A stretch of 64,000 bases of DNA from an uncultured Bifidobacteriaceae bacterium (GTDB lineage: Bacteria; Acidobacteriota; Vicinamibacteria; Vicinamibacterales; UBA2999), in contig CAZUGF010000010.1 of the NCBI GenBank assembly GCA_964619705.1, forward strand, positions 1,234 through 65,233. Reading direction: 5' to 3'. The notes beneath the pieces were generated by a model that was given only the letters and a program-made list of their open reading frames with translations, was not told the origin of the DNA and made no database searches. A program made the translations under genes and the position numbers. This document shows positions 60,883 to 64,000 of this stretch, piece after piece. Position 1 is the first letter of the stretch, and each line of letters begins with the position of its first letter.

Positions 60883-62690
60883 GCGGCCACCGCCTGGCGA
60901 TGGGGCGCCACCCGGTTGGCGCCGATCGCCCGGTGCACGCGCAGGAGCGCGAGCCACAGCCACGCGTCGATCGCGAGTACCACCACGAGGGACCGCGGAT
61001 CGGCGGCCGGCACACCGAGCGGCAGGCCGCCCAGCCATCCCGTCACCGCCGGCCCCAGCACCGTCATCCCCGTCGCCGCCGCCGCCGCGATCGTCGCCGC
61101 GGCCTGCACGAGCACGAGCACCCGGCCGATCGACAGGAGCGTCGACGCGGACGCCGTGGTCCGATCGACGATGCCCTGGAAGACCGTGACTTCGCGGCGA
61201 ATCAGCGTGGCCTGCAGCGCGACGTACTCCTGGACGCGCGCCGGCAGGTCCAGTGCCTCGTTGACGATCGTCATCGCGCGCTGGACGCCCATCACGTCGA
61301 CCGCCCGGCGTGCGCGGCGTCCTTCCGCCTTCCGGAAGTAGTCCGCCGTCACCCGGCGATAGTCGATGCCGGGGTGCAGTTCGATGAGCGATGCGTCGAG
61401 CGTGGAGCTGGCGCGGTGCAGCCGGAGCCACGCCCAGTCCATCGTGCAGCCGTGGCCCAGCAGCACCTGCATCACGTCGAGCGTGAGGTTGTCCATGGAC
61501 TTGTCGTGAAACGGCAGCGCCCGGACCCACGACCGCTTGGCCCAGGCCTGCAGCACGCGCGTCAGCCGCGCGTGCACGTGTGCGAGATCGACAGCCGGCA
61601 GGCTGCCGCAGAGCATCAGGCACAGGTCGGCGCCCTTCGAGAACTGGCCCGTGGCCAGCGCACGCATGAAGCCGCGGAACTTCTGCAGGTACTCGCGCTC
61701 GGTGAAGTTGGTCGTGCCGAAGTCGATCAGCGCGATGCGGCTGTCGCGCAGCAGGCCGATGTTGCCCGGGTGCATGTCGCCGTGGAAGCGGTTGTCTTCC
61801 ATCATCTGGCGCTGGAACGAGTGAACAAGGCGCCGCGCGACGAGCCGCGGGCGGACGCGGTTCTCGGCCTGCCACGCCCGCAGTCGGCCCGGATCGGTCT
61901 GCGCCACACGCAGGTAGTCGGCCATCAGCACCATGTCCAGGAACTCGGTGACCATCACCCGCGGGCGGCAGTGGCGGGAGAACACCGCGGGCACGTAGAC
62001 ACGGTGGGCCTCGAGCCGGCGCCGCATCGTCCGGGTGGAGGCGGCCTCGAACCCGAAGTCGAGCTCCTCGCGCATGATCTGGCGCAGCTCGGCGAGGCCA
62101 TCCTTCCAGCGCATGTGGCGATAGATGCCGAGGGCATGGGCGATGTGGGCCACGCCGGCCATGACCGCGAAGTCACGCGAGAAGAGCTCAGCGGAGTACG
62201 GCTTCTGCACCTTCACCGCGACCCACGTCCGCTCGATGCGCAGCCGCGCGCGGTGCACCTGGCCGATGGACGCCGCGGCGAACGGGTCGTCTTCCCACAC
62301 GTCGAAGATCTGGTCGATCGGCGCGCCGAGTTCCCGTTCGACGATCTGCCGCGCGAGGGCCGGTGGAAACCCGAGGGCACGGGTCTGCAGGCGCGCCAGC
62401 TCGCGGCAGAGCGCCACCGGCAGCAGGTCGATGCGCAGCGCCAGGAACTGGCCGGCCTTGATCCACAGGCCGCCCATGCCTTCGAACGTCGTCCGCACCT
62501 CGCGCGCGAAGCGATCGGGGCCGTCTTCCCGGTCCAGCCGTGAGCGGAGGAACGCGATCGCGAGGCCCGCGAAACACGCCAGGACGTAGAGGATGCGCCC
62601 CCCCGACGGCCGCCGTACCGCCCTGATGGGAACCGCGGGTCGCGGGTCGCCCGGCAGCAACGGAGTCGGGATCAAGGACGCCTTGAGCAT
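60879..62690 (-). CDS. ABC1/UbiB-family atypical kinase (copy 2) with C-terminal TM helices
   Basis: 603 aa. ASIGQVHRARL...VAVKVQKP and HGDMHPGNIGLL are present. It is clearly paralogous to 46140..47954 along its whole length. It is the first gene of the TolC-MFP-RND operon. Confidence 0.9.
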   Translation of the reverse strand: MLKASLIPTPLLPGDPRPAVPIRAVRRPSGGRILYVLACFAGLAIAFLRSRLDREDGPDRFAREVRTTFEGMGGLWIKAGQFLALRIDLLPVALCRELARLQTRALGFPPALARQIVERELGAPIDQIFDVWEDDPFAAASIGQVHRARLRIERTWVAVKVQKPYSAELFSRDFAVMAGVAHIAHALGIYRHMRWKDGLAELRQIMREELDFGFEAASTRTMRRRLEAHRVYVPAVFSRHCRPRVMVTEFLDMVLMADYLRVAQTDPGRLRAWQAENRVRPRLVARRLVHSFQRQMMEDNRFHGDMHPGNIGLLRDSRIALIDFGTTNFTEREYLQKFRGFMRALATGQFSKGADLCLMLCGSLPAVDLAHVHARLTRVLQAWAKRSWVRALPFHDKSMDNLTLDVMQVLLGHGCTMDWAWLRLHRASSTLDASLIELHPGIDYRRVTADYFRKAEGRRARRAVDVMGVQRAMTIVNEALDLPARVQEYVALQATLIRREVTVFQGIVDRTTASASTLLSIGRVLVLVQAAATIAAAAATGMTVLGPAVTGWLGGLPLGVPAADPRSLVVVLAIDAWLWLALLRVHRAIGANRVAPHRQAVAA

Positions 62691-62890
62691 GCGGACGGCG
62701 ACAGTCTACACCGGCCGGTCCCGGCCCTCATGGAGTACCCTTCGCGCGAGGAGCGCACCCCGCTCTGGGTCTCCTCCTTGGCGTCCCAGCCGGCGCCGCC
62801 TGCCTGCGGACGTCCAGACCGCGTCGTTGAAGGCGCGGATGTGAGGCCGCCGGAGGAGGAGCTCCACGCTCGGCTATGATCCGGGATTGT

Positions 62891-64000
62891 ATGTCTTCGA
62901 TTGAGCAGCGGTTCGCCCGGCTCGGCACCGATCACGCGCCGGGCCAGGAAGTGCGGCAGGTGGACGACGGGCCGGACTCGGCGCTCCGCGGTGATCCCCT
63001 TCCGGGTGTGCCCGTGGACTTCTCGCACGGGGATGTCGACGAGACTGCGTTCGGCCCGGCACCAGGCGCGCTGGAGGCGTTTGTCGAAGGCGTAGGGCGC
63101 GGAGGACGGCAGGCCTACACCGAGTATCGCGGTGAAGCGGAGCTCCGCGACCGCCTGGCCGGGAAGCTGGCGGCGTTCACCGGGCGTCCGGTCTCCTCCG
63201 AGCGCGAGCTGATCATCACGCCGGGCTCGCAGGGCGCGTTGTTCCTGGCCGTCGGCGCCACGGTCAGCGCAGGCGACCGCGTGGCCATCGTCCGTCCCGA
63301 CTACTTCGCGAATCGCAAGCTCGTCGAGTTCCTCGGCGCCGAGGTCGTGCCCGTGAGGCTGGAGTACCTCGGCCACACCGATCGCGCGGGGATCGACCTG
63401 GGTCAGCTCGAAGACGCCTTCGCGTCCGGCGTGAGGACCTTCTTGTTTTCGAACCCGAACAACCCGGCTGGCGTGGTCTACTCGCCCGCCGAGATCGCGG
63501 GCATCGCGGAGCTGATCACCAGGCACGGCGTGACCGTCATCGTCGACGAGCTGTACTCGCGGCTGCTCTACGCGGGGCAGACCTACACGCACCTGCGTGC
63601 GGCGGCGGTGGACCCCGATCGGATCGTGACGATCATGGGACCGTCCAAGACCGAATCGCTCAGCGGCTACCGGCTCGGCGTCGCGTTCGGCGCCGCGCGC
63701 CTCATCGACCGCATGGAGAAGCTGCAGGCCATCGTCTCGTTGCGGGCGCCGGGCTACTCGCAGGCGGTGCTCCGGGGGTGGTTCGAGGAGCCTGCCGGCT
63801 GGATGGACCAGCGGACGGCGCAGCATCAGGCCATTCGCGATGACCTCGTGAGGGTCTTCCGGAGCGTGCCGGGTGTCGCGCTGCGGACGCCGGAAGCGGG
63901 CAGCTATCTCTTCCCGCGGCTGCCGGCGCTCTCCCTGCCGCTCGACGCGTTCGTGCGGGCGCTCCGGGTGCAGGCCGCGGTGACGGTGACGCCGGGCACC
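62891..64000 (+). CDS. Class I/II PLP-dependent aminotransferase, 3' end outside window
   Basis: Hand translation from the ATG at 62891 gives MSSIEQRFARLG...YTEYRGEAELR...ITPGSQGALF...SNPNNPAGVVY...GPSKTESLSGYRLG (PLP-Lys motif). It is not in the ORF track because no stop lies inside the window. Confidence 0.85.
   Translation, partial: MSSIEQRFARLGTDHAPGQEVRQVDDGPDSALRGDPLPGVPVDFSHGDVDETAFGPAPGALEAFVEGVGRGGRQAYTEYRGEAELRDRLAGKLAAFTGRPVSSERELIITPGSQGALFLAVGATVSAGDRVAIVRPDYFANRKLVEFLGAEVVPVRLEYLGHTDRAGIDLGQLEDAFASGVRTFLFSNPNNPAGVVYSPAEIAGIAELITRHGVTVIVDELYSRLLYAGQTYTHLRAAAVDPDRIVTIMGPSKTESLSGYRLGVAFGAARLIDRMEKLQAIVSLRAPGYSQAVLRGWFEEPAGWMDQRTAQHQAIRDDLVRVFRSVPGVALRTPEAGSYLFPRLPALSLPLDAFVRALRVQAAVTVTPGT

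Noticed and set aside
1-64000. Mobile elements, prophage genes, tRNA or rRNA genes.
   Set aside because: No transposase, integrase or phage-like ORFs were found. No cloverleaf-compatible sequences were noticed in the intergenic regions inspected by eye. A tRNAscan/Infernal run would be needed to be certain.

Overview
GC-rich bacterial chromosomal window. G/C dominates third codon positions, and long spurious antisense ORFs are common. I call about 58 protein genes and one SRP RNA. I found no tRNA, rRNA, CRISPR array, transposase or integrase. The gene content suggests Acidobacteriota or a similar soil phylum, but this is inference only. The relevant genes are a TonB-dependent receptor with a CarboxypepD_reg-type N-terminus, an ECF sigma factor beside a Ser/Thr kinase with a TolB-type beta-propeller, and many ArsR/MarR/TetR/AraC one-component regulators.

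Layout:
- (i) 1-4.6 kb: toxin-antitoxin genes (partial VapC, TacA/TacT, lone XRE) and a flavin/GAF sensor pair.
- (ii) 4.7-31 kb: accessory-type mix of small redox enzymes with their regulators, ECF sigma plus kinase, two ArsR-SRPBCC pairs, arsM/arsR, a TonB receptor plus phytase-like esterase, MarR-OYE reductase, and an AttEFGH-like ABC module.
- (iii) 31-41 kb: core housekeeping block on the minus strand, asd-lysC-dapB-dapA-dapD-M20, then SRP RNA, then dnaX-ybaB-recR. A terminator-containing structured leader sits upstream of asd.
- (iv) 46-63 kb: the most unusual part, a lipid-related island bracketed by two paralogous UbiB/ABC1 atypical kinases. It holds a DUF2236/MpaB-like oxygenase, a stand-alone acyl carrier protein divergent from a B12-type radical SAM enzyme coupled to a membrane desaturase, a fatty acyl-AMP ligase with a methyltransferase, an HXXEE membrane protein, and a TolC-MFP-RND pump co-transcribed with the second UbiB.

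I could not match this combination to any characterised pathway. I flag it as the best candidate for an undescribed system, namely synthesis or tailoring plus export of an unusual acyl lipid.

Start codons were refined by hand from the ORF track, using RBS and overlap logic, and are less certain than stop positions.
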